From the NCBI RefSeq assembly GCF_058153355.1, contig NZ_CM177019.1: a stretch of 64,000 bases of DNA; one strand, given 5' to 3'. The translations under genes and the position numbers were made by a program. Below, piece by piece: positions 23,751 to 35,037 of the stretch (the first letter of the stretch is position 1; each line of letters begins with the position of its first letter). The notes under the pieces were generated by a model. It was not told the origin of the DNA, made no database searches, and saw nothing but the letters and a program-made list of their open reading frames with translations.

Positions 23751-25626
23751 ACGGTTCAGGGATACAAGCCACATCGCCATATTGGGGATGCCGAATAATT
23801 GCCTGCGGATCAAGCGAGCGCGTCCTGTCCATTTGGATTAACCCGTTCTTCGCCATAACAAATATCTTTCTACCATCCGCTGAAAAACGAAGATGATTAA
23901 CGTAGCTGGCAGGATAAACGCCAATAATCTGCCCGGCATTAATATTGAGCAGGATGACATAACCTTGCAGGCCATATGACACCAACGCTAAATACTGACC
24001 GTCCGGGCTAATACCCTCAACAGAATAAACGCTCCTGCTACACCATTGCGTCATAATGCTGGCTTGTTGATCCCCTGTGCTTATACGTGAAATCCCCTGA
24101 CTATCGGCAAAAATAACCTCACCATTTTTTGGTCGGAATCCCATCGCAGAAACGACACCACGCGCATCACCTGCGGGAAAGTCTTCTTTCTGATGCGTGA
24201 TGGTATTGATCCGCACGATGTTACCTCTGCCTGCTCCTGGAACCAGTAATGTTTTTTCATCCGGGGAAAGTGCCATAACCCAGGCGCCTGGTTTACCGCT
24301 CGTCCCCGTCCCGTCGTATTTCTCCAGTGCGATATCCGCCACATGCTGATAAGTCACCAGATCAATCGCTGACACACTATTACTGGTGCGATTCATCACC
24401 CAGGCTTTTGTGCCATCACGCGAGAGGATAAGGCTGTCAGGATGGGCGCCGGTGGTAATCGACTGAATAATCTCCCCCGTCGCCACGTTAACGACCGATA
24501 ATGCATTCGCTTCAAATGAAGTCGCATACAGCAACTTTTCATCGGGGCTTAACACCAGCGATCTGACGCCCTGATCTTTACAGCCACCACAATGTTTGAC
24601 TGACTTTTCTTTCGCTATGGGCGCTGTAAAGGTATGCAGGATTTTCTTTTGTCCGAGGTCGAAAACAACAATACTGTTCGTGTTTTCAATTGCGGCATAT
24701 AACGTATTACCATCCCGATTGATCGCCATATCATGGATATCGGCAATCTCAGCGAGCAAATCACCACTGGCCTGTTCACGACTTACCGGAGCGGATAATG
24801 TTTCCCTGAGGGCATTGCGTTCCTCCGCTAACTGCTGCTTTTTATGCCGTCGCTCTTGTTCAATCTCCTGCGGATAAAACTCTTCACGCAGGCTTTGCCT
24901 GACCTGCAAAACTGATTCATCAATCTGCTGCTGCACAAGCCAGATAGCCCCGGTCAGTAGAAGACTACCCGCAACAATAATCCCACCTTCCGTAACGAGC
25001 CGGTTTTGCCCAGATAAACGCGCACTCAGCCAACCCAACGCTCCACCTGCCATCAGGCCGCCAATGTGGCAAGCGTTATCTATTCCTGCTTGCCGGGCAC
25101 CATACAACAGTGTCAGCGCCACCATACCCAACAGAGAAAATACTCGCCGCTGGTTTTTATGGTGTGTACCCGCACCTGAAGAAAGCTGTGTTGCTATCGC
25201 AGCGCCAGCTATTCCCATAATTGCCCCGGATGCCCCAACGCTGATGACTATCTGCTCACTTTCGCGTAACGCATAACAGGCGCTGATGAGCCCACCAAAG
25301 ATGCCGGAGAATAACCAGATAATCAGGAGTCGCCATTTCCCCAGTATCCGTTCCGCCACTGTCCCCACCACCAGGAGTGCAAACATATTCATCAGCAAAT
25401 GGGAAAAACTACTGTGCAGAAAAACACTGCTCAATAAGCGCCAGGGTTCACCCGACAACGTGAGAGAGGCAACGTTAGCGCCGAGATGGATGAGTGCGGA
25501 TTGATCGACTTCTTCATAACTCATCCATTGTGCGAGGTAACAAAATATCCCAACACATAGCGCAAAAAGGATCAGGGTTATTGCGGGTAATTGAACATTT
25601 AACGGCTTAACCGAAGATGCAGACAT
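23749..25626 (-). CDS. Rhomboid-family intramembrane serine protease fused to a C-terminal YVTN-type beta-propeller domain (about 625 aa)
   Basis: ATG at 25626 after AAGGAAG gives MSASSVKPLNV...; rhomboid motifs WRLLSSVFLHSSFSHLLMNM, GASGAIMG (Ser) and ACHIGGLMAG (His); 7th TM helix, coiled-coil linker, then repeated ...LYAAIENTNSIVVFDL / LYATSFEANALSVVNVATG / AWVMNRTSNSVSAIDL blades. Confidence 0.8.
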   Translation of the reverse strand: MSASSVKPLNVQLPAITLILFALCVGIFCYLAQWMSYEEVDQSALIHLGANVASLTLSGEPWRLLSSVFLHSSFSHLLMNMFALLVVGTVAERILGKWRLLIIWLFSGIFGGLISACYALRESEQIVISVGASGAIMGIAGAAIATQLSSGAGTHHKNQRRVFSLLGMVALTLLYGARQAGIDNACHIGGLMAGGALGWLSARLSGQNRLVTEGGIIVAGSLLLTGAIWLVQQQIDESVLQVRQSLREEFYPQEIEQERRHKKQQLAEERNALRETLSAPVSREQASGDLLAEIADIHDMAINRDGNTLYAAIENTNSIVVFDLGQKKILHTFTAPIAKEKSVKHCGGCKDQGVRSLVLSPDEKLLYATSFEANALSVVNVATGEIIQSITTGAHPDSLILSRDGTKAWVMNRTSNSVSAIDLVTYQHVADIALEKYDGTGTSGKPGAWVMALSPDEKTLLVPGAGRGNIVRINTITHQKEDFPAGDARGVVSAMGFRPKNGEVIFADSQGISRISTGDQQASIMTQWCSRSVYSVEGISPDGQYLALVSYGLQGYVILLNINAGQIIGVYPASYVNHLRFSADGRKIFVMAKNGLIQMDRTRSLDPQAIIRHPQYGDVACIPEP

Positions 25627-26081
25627 AAGGTGATTCTTCCTTGAAAAGACAGGTAAAAAAGCATTTTTCCCGTGTGCAGTTATCATCCCGGCAAACGTCC
25701 CATACCGAAAAGTTAACTCTGTCCGAAATATGACTTTTTCAGCCTGAAATTACAATCGTAATTAATTCACCCCTAAGTATTTTTTGGCATGTAAGTTGCT
25801 TTATTTACTGTGTAAGCAATGAAATCAGCCGCAACGCAACCGGGTTGCACCAACACAAATCAGCGGTAGCACCAAAAAGGTGCGGTTTAAGAGTTTTGCT
25901 TCGGAATGGTGCGGCGCATCTCGCAAAAACAAACAATAAAACATCAATATCTTTACATTTAACCAAACTAAATGTTACCTAACAAACACAACACTGCACA
26001 ATAAAGTTGCAGATGATAACAACACAAACACTCACAACGGGTATCCATGCGTTCTTAACGCAGAAGATAAAGGAGTTGGAT

Positions 26082-26990
26082 ATGCAATTACGTAAACCTG
26101 CCACAGCAATCCTGGCCCTGGCGCTTTCCGCAGGACTGGCACAGGCAGATGACGCCGCCCCGGCAGCAGGCAGTACGCTGGACAAAATCGCCAAAAACGG
26201 TGTGATTGTCGTCGGTCACCGTGAATCTTCAGTACCTTTCTCTTATTACGACAATCAGCAAAAAGTGGTGGGTTACTCGCAGGATTACTCCAACGCCATT
26301 GTTGAAGCAGTGAAAAAGAAACTCAACAAACCGGACTTGCAGGTGAAATTGATTCCGATCACCTCACAAAACCGTATTCCGCTGCTGCAAAACGGCACTT
26401 TCGATTTTGAATGTGGTTCTACCACCAACAACGTCGAACGCCAGAAACAGGCGGCTTTCTCCGACACTATTTTCGTGGTCGGTACGCGCCTGCTGACAAA
26501 AAAAGGCGGCGATATTAAAGATTTTGCCGATCTGAAAGACAAAGCCGTCGTAGTCACTTCCGGCACCACCTCTGAAGTTTTGCTCAACAAACTGAATGAA
26601 GAGCAAAAAATGAACATGCGCATCATCAGCGCCAAAGATCACGGTGACTCTTTCCGCACCCTGGAAAGCGGTCGTGCCGTTGCCTTTATGATGGATGACG
26701 CTCTGTTAGCCGGTGAGCGAGCGAAAGCGAAGAAACCAGACAACTGGGAAATCGTCGGCAAGCCGCAGTCTCAGGAAGCCTACGGTTGCATGTTGCGTAA
26801 AGACGATCCGCAGTTCAAAAAGCTGATGGATGACACTATCGCTCAGGTGCAGACCTCCGGTGAAGCGGAAAAATGGTTTGATAAGTGGTTCAAAAATCCA
26901 ATTCCGCCGAAAAACCTGAACATGAATTTCGAACTGTCGGACGAAATGAAAGCACTGTTCAAAGAACCGAATGACAAGGCACTGAACTAA
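26082..26990 (+). CDS. gltI: Glutamate/aspartate periplasmic binding protein GltI (302 aa)
   Basis: ATG at 26082 after AAGGAG gives MQLRKPATAILALALSAGLAQA signal peptide; correct length. Confidence 0.95.
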   Translation: MQLRKPATAILALALSAGLAQADDAAPAAGSTLDKIAKNGVIVVGHRESSVPFSYYDNQQKVVGYSQDYSNAIVEAVKKKLNKPDLQVKLIPITSQNRIPLLQNGTFDFECGSTTNNVERQKQAAFSDTIFVVGTRLLTKKGGDIKDFADLKDKAVVVTSGTTSEVLLNKLNEEQKMNMRIISAKDHGDSFRTLESGRAVAFMMDDALLAGERAKAKKPDNWEIVGKPQSQEAYGCMLRKDDPQFKKLMDDTIAQVQTSGEAEKWFDKWFKNPIPPKNLNMNFELSDEMKALFKEPNDKALN

Positions 26991-27146
26991 TTACAAGAAC
27001 CAGGGGCGGAAATTCCAGCCCTCTCGATTGTTACGTAGCACGGACAGACTATACGCCTGATGGTCGTTCCCCATCGGGCCTGAAAACCGCAATACGCTGG
27101 GTAACAATCTTCGAGGGTAGCAGTTAACGCTGCTACCCTTTTTTTT
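26991..27146 (+). ncRNA. sroC: SroC sRNA region (processed from the gltI-gltJ intergenic part of the gltIJKL mRNA)
   Basis: Location only: intergenic segment ending at the intrinsic terminator; SroC is known to derive from this position; sequence identity not verified from memory. Confidence 0.45.
27115..27146 (+). terminator. Intra-operon rho-independent terminator between gltI and gltJ
   Basis: GGGTAGCAGTTAACGCTGCTACCC hairpin followed by TTTTTTTT. Confidence 0.7.
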
Positions 27147-27159
27147 CTGGAGTAGATTT

Positions 27160-27900
27160 ATGTCTATAGACTGGAACTGGGGTATTTTTTTACAACAAGC
27201 CCCGTTCGGCAACACCACCTATCTTGGTTGGATCTGGAGTGGTTTTCAGGTGACGATTGCTTTGTCGATCTGCGCCTGGATTATCGCTTTCCTCGTCGGT
27301 TCATTTTTCGGCATTTTACGTACCGTTCCAAACCGTTTTCTCTCCGGTCTGGGTACGTTGTATGTCGAACTGTTCCGCAACGTGCCGTTGATTGTGCAAT
27401 TCTTTACCTGGTATCTGGTTATCCCTGAACTGTTGCCGGAAAAAATCGGCATATGGTTTAAGGCAGAACTAGACCCAAATATTCAGTTTTTCCTCTCCTC
27501 CATGCTCTGTCTGGGACTGTTTACTGCAGCTCGTGTTTGCGAACAAGTACGCGCCGCGATTCAGTCGCTGCCGCGTGGGCAAAAAAATGCCGCGCTGGCG
27601 ATGGGTCTGACGCTTCCGCAGGCTTACCGCTACGTACTGTTGCCTAACGCTTATCGCGTTATCGTCCCGCCAATGACCTCTGAGATGATGAACCTGGTAA
27701 AAAACTCCGCCATCGCCTCGACCATCGGTCTGGTAGATATGGCGGCGCAGGCCGGTAAATTGCTCGATTACTCAGCCCACGCCTGGGAGTCATTTACCGC
27801 CATTACGTTGGCGTATGTGTTGATTAACGCTTTTATCATGCTGGTGATGACGCTGGTTGAACGTAAAGTTCGCCTGCCCGGCAACATGGGGGGCAAATAA
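27160..27900 (+). CDS. gltJ: Glutamate/aspartate ABC transporter permease GltJ (246 aa)
   Basis: Polar amino-acid ABC permease with EAA-type loop; gene order gltIJKL. Confidence 0.95.
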   Translation: MSIDWNWGIFLQQAPFGNTTYLGWIWSGFQVTIALSICAWIIAFLVGSFFGILRTVPNRFLSGLGTLYVELFRNVPLIVQFFTWYLVIPELLPEKIGIWFKAELDPNIQFFLSSMLCLGLFTAARVCEQVRAAIQSLPRGQKNAALAMGLTLPQAYRYVLLPNAYRVIVPPMTSEMMNLVKNSAIASTIGLVDMAAQAGKLLDYSAHAWESFTAITLAYVLINAFIMLVMTLVERKVRLPGNMGGK

Positions 27901-28573
27901 TGTACGAGTTTGACTGGAGTTCCATTGTTCCTTCCCTGCCATATCTGCTCGACGGGCTGGTGATCACCCTGAAAATCACCATCACGGCGGTGGTCATTGG
28001 TATTTTGTGGGGTACGTTGCTGGCAGTAATGCGCTTGTCCAGCTTTGCGCCGATTGCCTGGTTTGCCAAAGCCTACGTTAACGTGTTCCGTTCGATCCCG
28101 TTAGTCATGGTTTTGCTATGGTTTTACCTGATTGTGCCGGGTTTTCTGCAAAACGTGCTGGGATTATCGCCAAAAAATGATATCCGTTTAATTTCGGCGA
28201 TGGTGGCGTTTTCGATGTTTGAAGCGGCCTACTATTCAGAGATTATCCGTGCCGGTATTCAAAGTATTTCCCGTGGTCAGTCGAGCGCCGCGCTGGCGTT
28301 GGGGATGACTCACTGGCAGTCGATGAAACTGATTATTCTGCCGCAGGCGTTCCGCGCGATGGTGCCGCTGCTGCTCACTCAGGGCATCGTACTGTTCCAG
28401 GATACCTCGCTGGTGTATGTGTTATCTCTGGCCGATTTCTTCCGTACCGCCTCAACCATTGGTGAGCGTGATGGTACGCAGGTTGAGATGATCCTGTTTG
28501 CCGGATTTGTTTATTTCGTTATTAGCCTTAGCGCATCGTTGTTGGTCAGCTACTTGAAAAGAAGGACAGCTTA

Positions 28574-28574
<1 letters not shown>
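27900..28574 (+). CDS. gltK: Glutamate/aspartate ABC transporter permease GltK (224 aa)
   Basis: Second permease; start overlaps gltJ stop (TAATG). Confidence 0.95.
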
Positions 28575-29299
<725 letters not shown>

Positions 29300-29416
29300 T
29301 CACTCTGGCGCGCATACCCAAGTGCGCGCCATCTCACGCTTTATCGTTTCGCTCCTCGTATCTGTTACATCCTGGCGGTACCCTTGTCGCAAAGAAGCAC
29401 ACAACAAGGAGCAACA

Positions 29417-30352
29417 ATGGCACTGCCAATTCTGTTAGATTGCGACCCAGGTCATGACGACGCTATCGCAATAGTTCTTGCCCTCGCCTCACCAGAGCTT
29501 GATGTCAAAGCAATTACGTCTTCCGCCGGAAACCAGACTCCAGAAAAAACCTTACGCAATGTTCTGCGTATGCTGACCTTGCTCAATCGCACCGATATTC
29601 CGGTAGCAGGCGGCGCGGTAAAACCGTTAATGCGTGAGTTGATTATCGCGGACAATGTGCACGGCGAAAGCGGTCTCGACGGCCCGGCATTACCGGAACC
29701 AACGTTCGCACCGCAAAACTGCACGGCGGTGGAGTTGATGGCGAAAACGCTGCGTGAAAGTGCGGAACCTGTCACGATTGTTTCTACCGGGCCGCAAACT
29801 AACGTTGCCTTGCTGCTCAATAGCCATCCGGAACTGCATAGCAAAATGGCCCGTATCGTGATTATGGGCGGCGCAATGGGGCTTGGTAACTGGACGCCAG
29901 CGGCAGAATTTAATATTTACGTTGACCCAGAAGCGGCAGAAATTGTCTTCCAGTCAGGGATACCGGTGGTGATGGCCGGTCTGGATGTTACTCACAAAGC
30001 GCAAATTCACGTTGAGGACACCGAGCGTTTCCGCACCATTGGTAACCCGGTTTCTACCATTGTTGCCGAACTGCTGGATTTCTTCCTCGAATATCACAAA
30101 GACGAAAAATGGGGCTTTGTGGGCGCACCGCTGCATGACCCATGCACCATCGCCTGGCTGTTGAAACCCGAGTTGTTTACCACTGTTGAGCGCTGGGTTG
30201 GCGTGGAAACACAGGGGAAATATACTCAGGGCATGACGGTTGTTGATTATTATTATCTGACGGGCAATAAACCGAATGCCACTGTAATGGTCGACGTTGA
30301 TCGTCAGGGCTTTGTTGATTTACTGGCTGAGCGTCTGAAATTTTACGCTTAA
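29417..30352 (+). CDS. rihA: Pyrimidine-specific ribonucleoside hydrolase RihA (311 aa)
   Basis: [19 protein letters not shown]... (DxDxxxDD nucleoside-hydrolase motif) from ATG at 29417. Confidence 0.94.
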   Translation: MALPILLDCDPGHDDAIAIVLALASPELDVKAITSSAGNQTPEKTLRNVLRMLTLLNRTDIPVAGGAVKPLMRELIIADNVHGESGLDGPALPEPTFAPQNCTAVELMAKTLRESAEPVTIVSTGPQTNVALLLNSHPELHSKMARIVIMGGAMGLGNWTPAAEFNIYVDPEAAEIVFQSGIPVVMAGLDVTHKAQIHVEDTERFRTIGNPVSTIVAELLDFFLEYHKDEKWGFVGAPLHDPCTIAWLLKPELFTTVERWVGVETQGKYTQGMTVVDYYYLTGNKPNATVMVDVDRQGFVDLLAERLKFYA

Positions 30353-30435
30353 CACACGTCATTGATTAAGATCACCACGCGTTACCTGGGTGGTCTTAAT
30401 CTGTTTATCTCTTTTTCCTTTAAGATATAAATGCA

Positions 30436-32106
30436 ATGGATAATGCAGAACTCGCCATTGGTATCTATCTCGGTACTACCAATAGTTTAATTGCCGTCTG
30501 GAAAGACGGTGCCGCGCAATTAATTCCAAATAAGTTCGGTGAATATTTAACACCATCCATAATTAGCATGGATGAAAATAATCATATTTTAGTCGGAAAA
30601 CCGGCTGTATCACGGCGCACTTCGCATCCGGATAAAACCGCCGCATTATTTAAACGCTCAATGGGCAGTAATACCAACTGGCGGTTAGGCAGCGACACAT
30701 TTAACGCACCAGAACTGTCCTCTTTGGTCTTACGTTCATTAAAAGAAGATGCCGAAGAATTTCTGCAACGTTCTATTAAAAATGTGGTGATCTCCGTTCC
30801 GGCTTATTTCAGCGATGAACAACGCAAGCATACCCGTTTAGCAGCGGAGTTAGCCGGGTTAAATGCGGTACGCTTAATTAATGAACCCACAGCAGCTGCA
30901 ATGGCGTATGGCCTGCATACCCAACAAAATACCCGTTCGCTGGTGTTTGATCTCGGTGGCGGCACGTTTGACGTTACGGTGCTTGAGTACGCCACGCCGG
31001 TGATTGAAGTTCACGCCTCCGCTGGCGACAACTTTCTTGGCGGCGAAGATTTTACTCATATGCTGGTGGATGAAGTTTTAAAACGCGCCGCAGTGGCTAA
31101 AAACATGCTCAACGAAAGTGAGCTGGCAGCCCTGTACACCAGCGTGGAAGCGGCAAAATGCAGCAATCAATTACCGCTACAAATTAGCTGGCAGTATCAG
31201 GAAGAAACGCGTGAGTGCGAATTTTACGAGAACGAACTGGAAGATTTGTGGTTGCCGCTGCTCAATCGCTTGCGAGTGCCGATTGAACAGGCGTTGCGCG
31301 ATGCGCGTCTGAAACCGAGTCAAATCGACAGTCTGGTGCTGGTTGGCGGCGCGTCACAAATGCCGCTAGTGCAACGAATCGCCGTGCGTCTGTTTGGCAA
31401 ATTGCCATATCAAAGTTACGACCCGAGCACCATTGTCGCGCTGGGCGCAGCGATCCAGGCCGCCTGCCGCTTACGCAGCGAAGACATTGAAGAAGTGATC
31501 CTCACCGATATTTGCCCCTACTCCTTAGGTGTTGAAGTTAACCGCCAGGGCGTTTCCGGCATTTTCTCACCGATTATTGAACGAAACACCACTGTACCGG
31601 TGTCGCGTGTAGAAACTTACTCGACCATGCACCCGGAACAGGATTCAATTACGGTTAACGTCTATCAGGGAGAAAACCACAAAGTTAAAAATAACATTCT
31701 GGTGGAATCCTTCGATGTGCCGTTGAAGAAAACCGGGGCTTATCAGTCGATTGATATTCGCTTTAGTTATGATATCAACGGGTTGCTTGAAGTTGACGTG
31801 CTTCTGGAAGACGGCAGCGTTAAGTCCAGAGTCATTAATCACAGTCCTGTAACATTGAGCGCACAGCAGATTGAAGAGAGTCGGACGCGGTTATCCGCAT
31901 TGAAAATTTATCCACGCGATATGCTCATCAACCGCACCTTTAAGGCCAAACTGGAAGAGTTGTGGGCGCGGGCGCTGGGTGACGAGCGAGAAGAGATCGG
32001 CCGGGTGATCACCGATTTTGATGCGGCGTTGCAGCCAAACGATATGGCCCGCGTCGATGAAGTTCGGCGACGGGCGAGCGATTATTTGGCTATTGAGATC
32101 CCTTAA
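30436..32106 (+). CDS. hscC: Hsp70-family chaperone HscC/Hsc62 (556 aa)
   Basis: Hsp70 signatures IGIYLGTTNS, DLGGGTFD, LVGGASQMP; correct length. Confidence 0.95.
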   Translation: MDNAELAIGIYLGTTNSLIAVWKDGAAQLIPNKFGEYLTPSIISMDENNHILVGKPAVSRRTSHPDKTAALFKRSMGSNTNWRLGSDTFNAPELSSLVLRSLKEDAEEFLQRSIKNVVISVPAYFSDEQRKHTRLAAELAGLNAVRLINEPTAAAMAYGLHTQQNTRSLVFDLGGGTFDVTVLEYATPVIEVHASAGDNFLGGEDFTHMLVDEVLKRAAVAKNMLNESELAALYTSVEAAKCSNQLPLQISWQYQEETRECEFYENELEDLWLPLLNRLRVPIEQALRDARLKPSQIDSLVLVGGASQMPLVQRIAVRLFGKLPYQSYDPSTIVALGAAIQAACRLRSEDIEEVILTDICPYSLGVEVNRQGVSGIFSPIIERNTTVPVSRVETYSTMHPEQDSITVNVYQGENHKVKNNILVESFDVPLKKTGAYQSIDIRFSYDINGLLEVDVLLEDGSVKSRVINHSPVTLSAQQIEESRTRLSALKIYPRDMLINRTFKAKLEELWARALGDEREEIGRVITDFDAALQPNDMARVDEVRRRASDYLAIEIP

Positions 32107-32114
32107 ACACGGCT

Positions 32115-32212
32115 GCCGGATGCGGCATAAACGCCTTATCCTGCCTACTCGTAGGTCGGATAAGATGCGTTAGCATCGCATCCGACGTTGAAGGATAAGA
32201 TGCGTTAGCCTC
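32115..32212. repeat. Cluster of REP elements (BIME) between hscC and djlC
   Basis: GCCGGATGCGGCATAAACGCCTTATCCTGCCTAC and GTAGGTCGGATAAGATGCGTTAGCATCGCATCCGAC. Confidence 0.55.
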
Positions 32213-32216
32213 ACAT

Positions 32217-33669
32217 CTAACTGAACAACATCGCGATTTTACCGAGCGCGTAACCTATCACCAGAACCGTTAAGCTGATTTTGATAATACTGGCAATGCT
32301 CTGTGGTTTTTCACTCTCATTATTCTTCTCTTCGTGTTCTTCAGGTGCTGGCTCGTCGATATCTTCTTCCACCGGCTCGAGCTTCACTTTCGTCAACAGC
32401 ATGTGAGTAATAATGGCTTCTAACGGATGTGCTTCTCCTCGTTCCAGTCGCGCATTCAGGCGGGCCAGCATCTCTTGTTTCGGGAACGCTTCCAGCACAA
32501 CCTGTTCCGCTACCCGATACAAATCCAGTAACGGTGAATCTTGTTCTGTCTCGCTACCGACTCTCGATTTCCACCATGCCCATGCTTTGCGCTTGAAGAA
32601 TAACGACTCAATAAACGATTGACCTAACGGCGATAATTTTCCGCTATGTAAAATTTCCGCCCATAACAGCCGCGTCCGGGCGCTCTCACCAGGAACATAT
32701 TTCAACGGTTGACCTTGAGCATCTATCATGCTTCGCGCTTCGATAACCATCACTAATAACGCGAAATAATCCGGGCAATGACGCTTGCTCCACTGCAACA
32801 ACAAATTATCAGCTTGTGTAGATGGGTAACTCTCCCGGTATGCGCAGAGATCGGCAAGCAGGCTTTCCCCCTCGCCACAGTACAACCGTTGCGCACACTG
32901 GTAATAACGGGCATCTTCGCTTTCTGGTTCTTCCGTTTGCCACTGTTGCGCTACAGAAATGAGTTCCGCCATACCTGTTTGCACCGAGCTATACCAGCGC
33001 AACAATTTGCGATGCAACTTCGCATCATCGGGAATGAACCACGGACCTTCCATCGCCAAAAACGCAGTGACATAGTCAGGGTGATAACGGCAGCAGCGTT
33101 CCAATGCGAAGTAATACTCAACAGTCTGGTTCTGCAACGCGACGGGATATTCCAGAAGGCTTAGAAAATCGAAACAATCCCCGGCCTGAATGGCCTCAAG
33201 AAAAGCCTCCCGTTCTTCCTCGTCCATGCCTTCACTTTCATTAAACGAATGCCAGTTCAAACGCTCTGCCAGCAAAGAAGCACAATTTAATGAAAGATAT
33301 CGCGCTTCTGTAGCGATTGCACACAGCGGCCAGCGTAATTGATCGACATCCTCCATGTTCCATGGTATTTAATTGCTGAATAAATTTCTGCCAGGCGGAG
33401 GGCTGAAAACGATCGCTTTCCGAAGCCAGTAAGGTTCTGAACGCTTTCAGTGCTTCGTGCTCTTCTGCAAGATTTTTCTCGTCATCAGCATTTTTTTCGT
33501 CCGGATTGACAGCCAGTCGCAGCGCCTCTTCATAGGCCTGGCGTAATGCTTTAAACCCCTGCGGATCGGTTTCGGGATGACACAACGGTAAGCGAGCAAG
33601 ATAAGCCTGGCGGATAATGTCTATTTGCGTCGTGCTTTCAATTTCGAGGATTTGCCAACATGTTTTCAT
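32217..33669 (-). pseudogene. djlC: djlC (J-domain co-chaperone of HscC), split by a frameshift into 142-aa and 379-aa overlapping ORFs
   Basis: ORF 33241..33669 ([15 protein letters not shown]...[10 protein letters not shown] then out of frame) and ORF 32217..33356 ([15 protein letters not shown]...) are collinear with intact paralog DjlB (...[24 protein letters not shown]...). Confidence 0.65.
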
Positions 33670-34373
33670 AGGTCGCTTACATCCTTAAGCGTTACCGGGC
33701 ATTCAGGCTGGACAATTAATGGCTGCCAGGGAAGCGTGGCATAGAAACGGTCGCTTCCCGCTGCCAGCTCTTCGAACATCCGACTCCCGGCGTTATCGTA
33801 TTTGTACAGGGTTAGCGCCTCGCGTAGCGAAGCGTTGTCTTCACACTGGGAAGATTGCCAGTAGAGACGTCCTAATGAATAGGCGGCAAAATAGTGAATC
33901 CAGCTGTGATAATAATGGTGAGCTCGTACATAAACGCGCGATTGCAGCCATAAACTCTCTTCTTCCGTCAGCCAATTGTTGAGCACACCGACCCGCGATA
34001 AAAACCCCATCCGCACATAATCCCAGGCTTTGATTCCCCCTTCCCCACAACACATAGCGGTTTGGGCAACGAATTGGGTATAAATCAACCCTCTCTCCGA
34101 GCCGCCAGCAATTAATGTTTTCCACTCTTCAGGGGAAGAGCGATGCCATGTCAGATATAAGCCAGCTAAATCATTGGCATGACCATCATCGGTCATCTGA
34201 TAAATAGTCTGAATTAAATCATCACGATTATTTATTCCCCAGGATGATGAGAGATCGAATTCTTTTATCCCAGTATACATTTTTGGCGAGTCATGCGCTG
34301 GCTTGCAACCCTGATTAAGTATTTCCATGGGTGCAGAAAGCGCAAAAAGAAGATATTGTTCTTCCTTATTCAT
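33666..34373 (-). CDS. ybeU: YbeU, DUF1266-family protein (235 aa)
   Basis: [23 protein letters not shown]...; paralog of YbeR; stop overlaps djlC start (ATGA). Confidence 0.9.
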   Translation of the reverse strand: MNKEEQYLLFALSAPMEILNQGCKPAHDSPKMYTGIKEFDLSSSWGINNRDDLIQTIYQMTDDGHANDLAGLYLTWHRSSPEEWKTLIAGGSERGLIYTQFVAQTAMCCGEGGIKAWDYVRMGFLSRVGVLNNWLTEEESLWLQSRVYVRAHHYYHSWIHYFAAYSLGRLYWQSSQCEDNASLREALTLYKYDNAGSRMFEELAAGSDRFYATLPWQPLIVQPECPVTLKDVSDL

Positions 34374-34473
34374 TTGTTAATAATCCCTTAAGTGCATTAA
34401 CTGACTACTTTTTTATTATCGATGAGTATAAACTTGACGTTTTCAAAATAAAAGAAAATAGAAGTATTCATGC

Positions 34474-35028
34474 ATGAATAAAAAATTAATATATATATTC
34501 GCAATATTTATAGTTGCGGCAATTACCTGTATTAGCCAACCCAACAAAACGACCCTGCGCGATAAAGCTATGGCGAATTATGTCTTTGATTATTTAAGCT
34601 CACCGGGCAGTCTTCCGTTTACCACGGCAGCAACAGAGCTTTCCGCCATTCATGGTCACTCAACGTCGCAATATAGACTTGGCGAATTTTATCTTCATGG
34701 TAGCGATGGTAAGCCTCTGGATTATACAAAGGCGAGATACTGGTATGAGCAATCAGCGGAACAGGAAAATCCACGCGCGCAAAGTCAACTGGGATGGATC
34801 TACCTGAAAGGTTTGGGAGTCAATCCCGATACCCGTAAAGCAATTCTCTGGTATAAGGAAGCAGCTGAACAAGGGCATGTTCATGCACAATACACGTTGG
34901 GTTTGATCTACAGAAACGGCACGGGCATTAGCACCAACAATTATGAAGCTCGCAAATGGTTAGAACTGGCGGCAGAGCAACATTATAAAAATGCGGAAAG
35001 ATTACTTGCAGAGCTTCCCGCACATTAA
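34474..35028 (+). CDS. ybeT: YbeT, Sel1-repeat protein (184 aa)
   Basis: N-terminal hydrophobic segment then Sel1 repeats ([15 protein letters not shown]..., [15 protein letters not shown]...). Confidence 0.9.
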   Translation: MNKKLIYIFAIFIVAAITCISQPNKTTLRDKAMANYVFDYLSSPGSLPFTTAATELSAIHGHSTSQYRLGEFYLHGSDGKPLDYTKARYWYEQSAEQENPRAQSQLGWIYLKGLGVNPDTRKAILWYKEAAEQGHVHAQYTLGLIYRNGTGISTNNYEARKWLELAAEQHYKNAERLLAELPAH

Positions 35029-35037
35029 CGTCGACTG

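Noticed and set aside
25627-26081. IS5 copy between gltI and the upstream gene, as I recall for K-12
   Set aside because: No transposase ORF or IS5-like terminal repeats in this interval; it reads as an ordinary AT-rich divergent promoter region.
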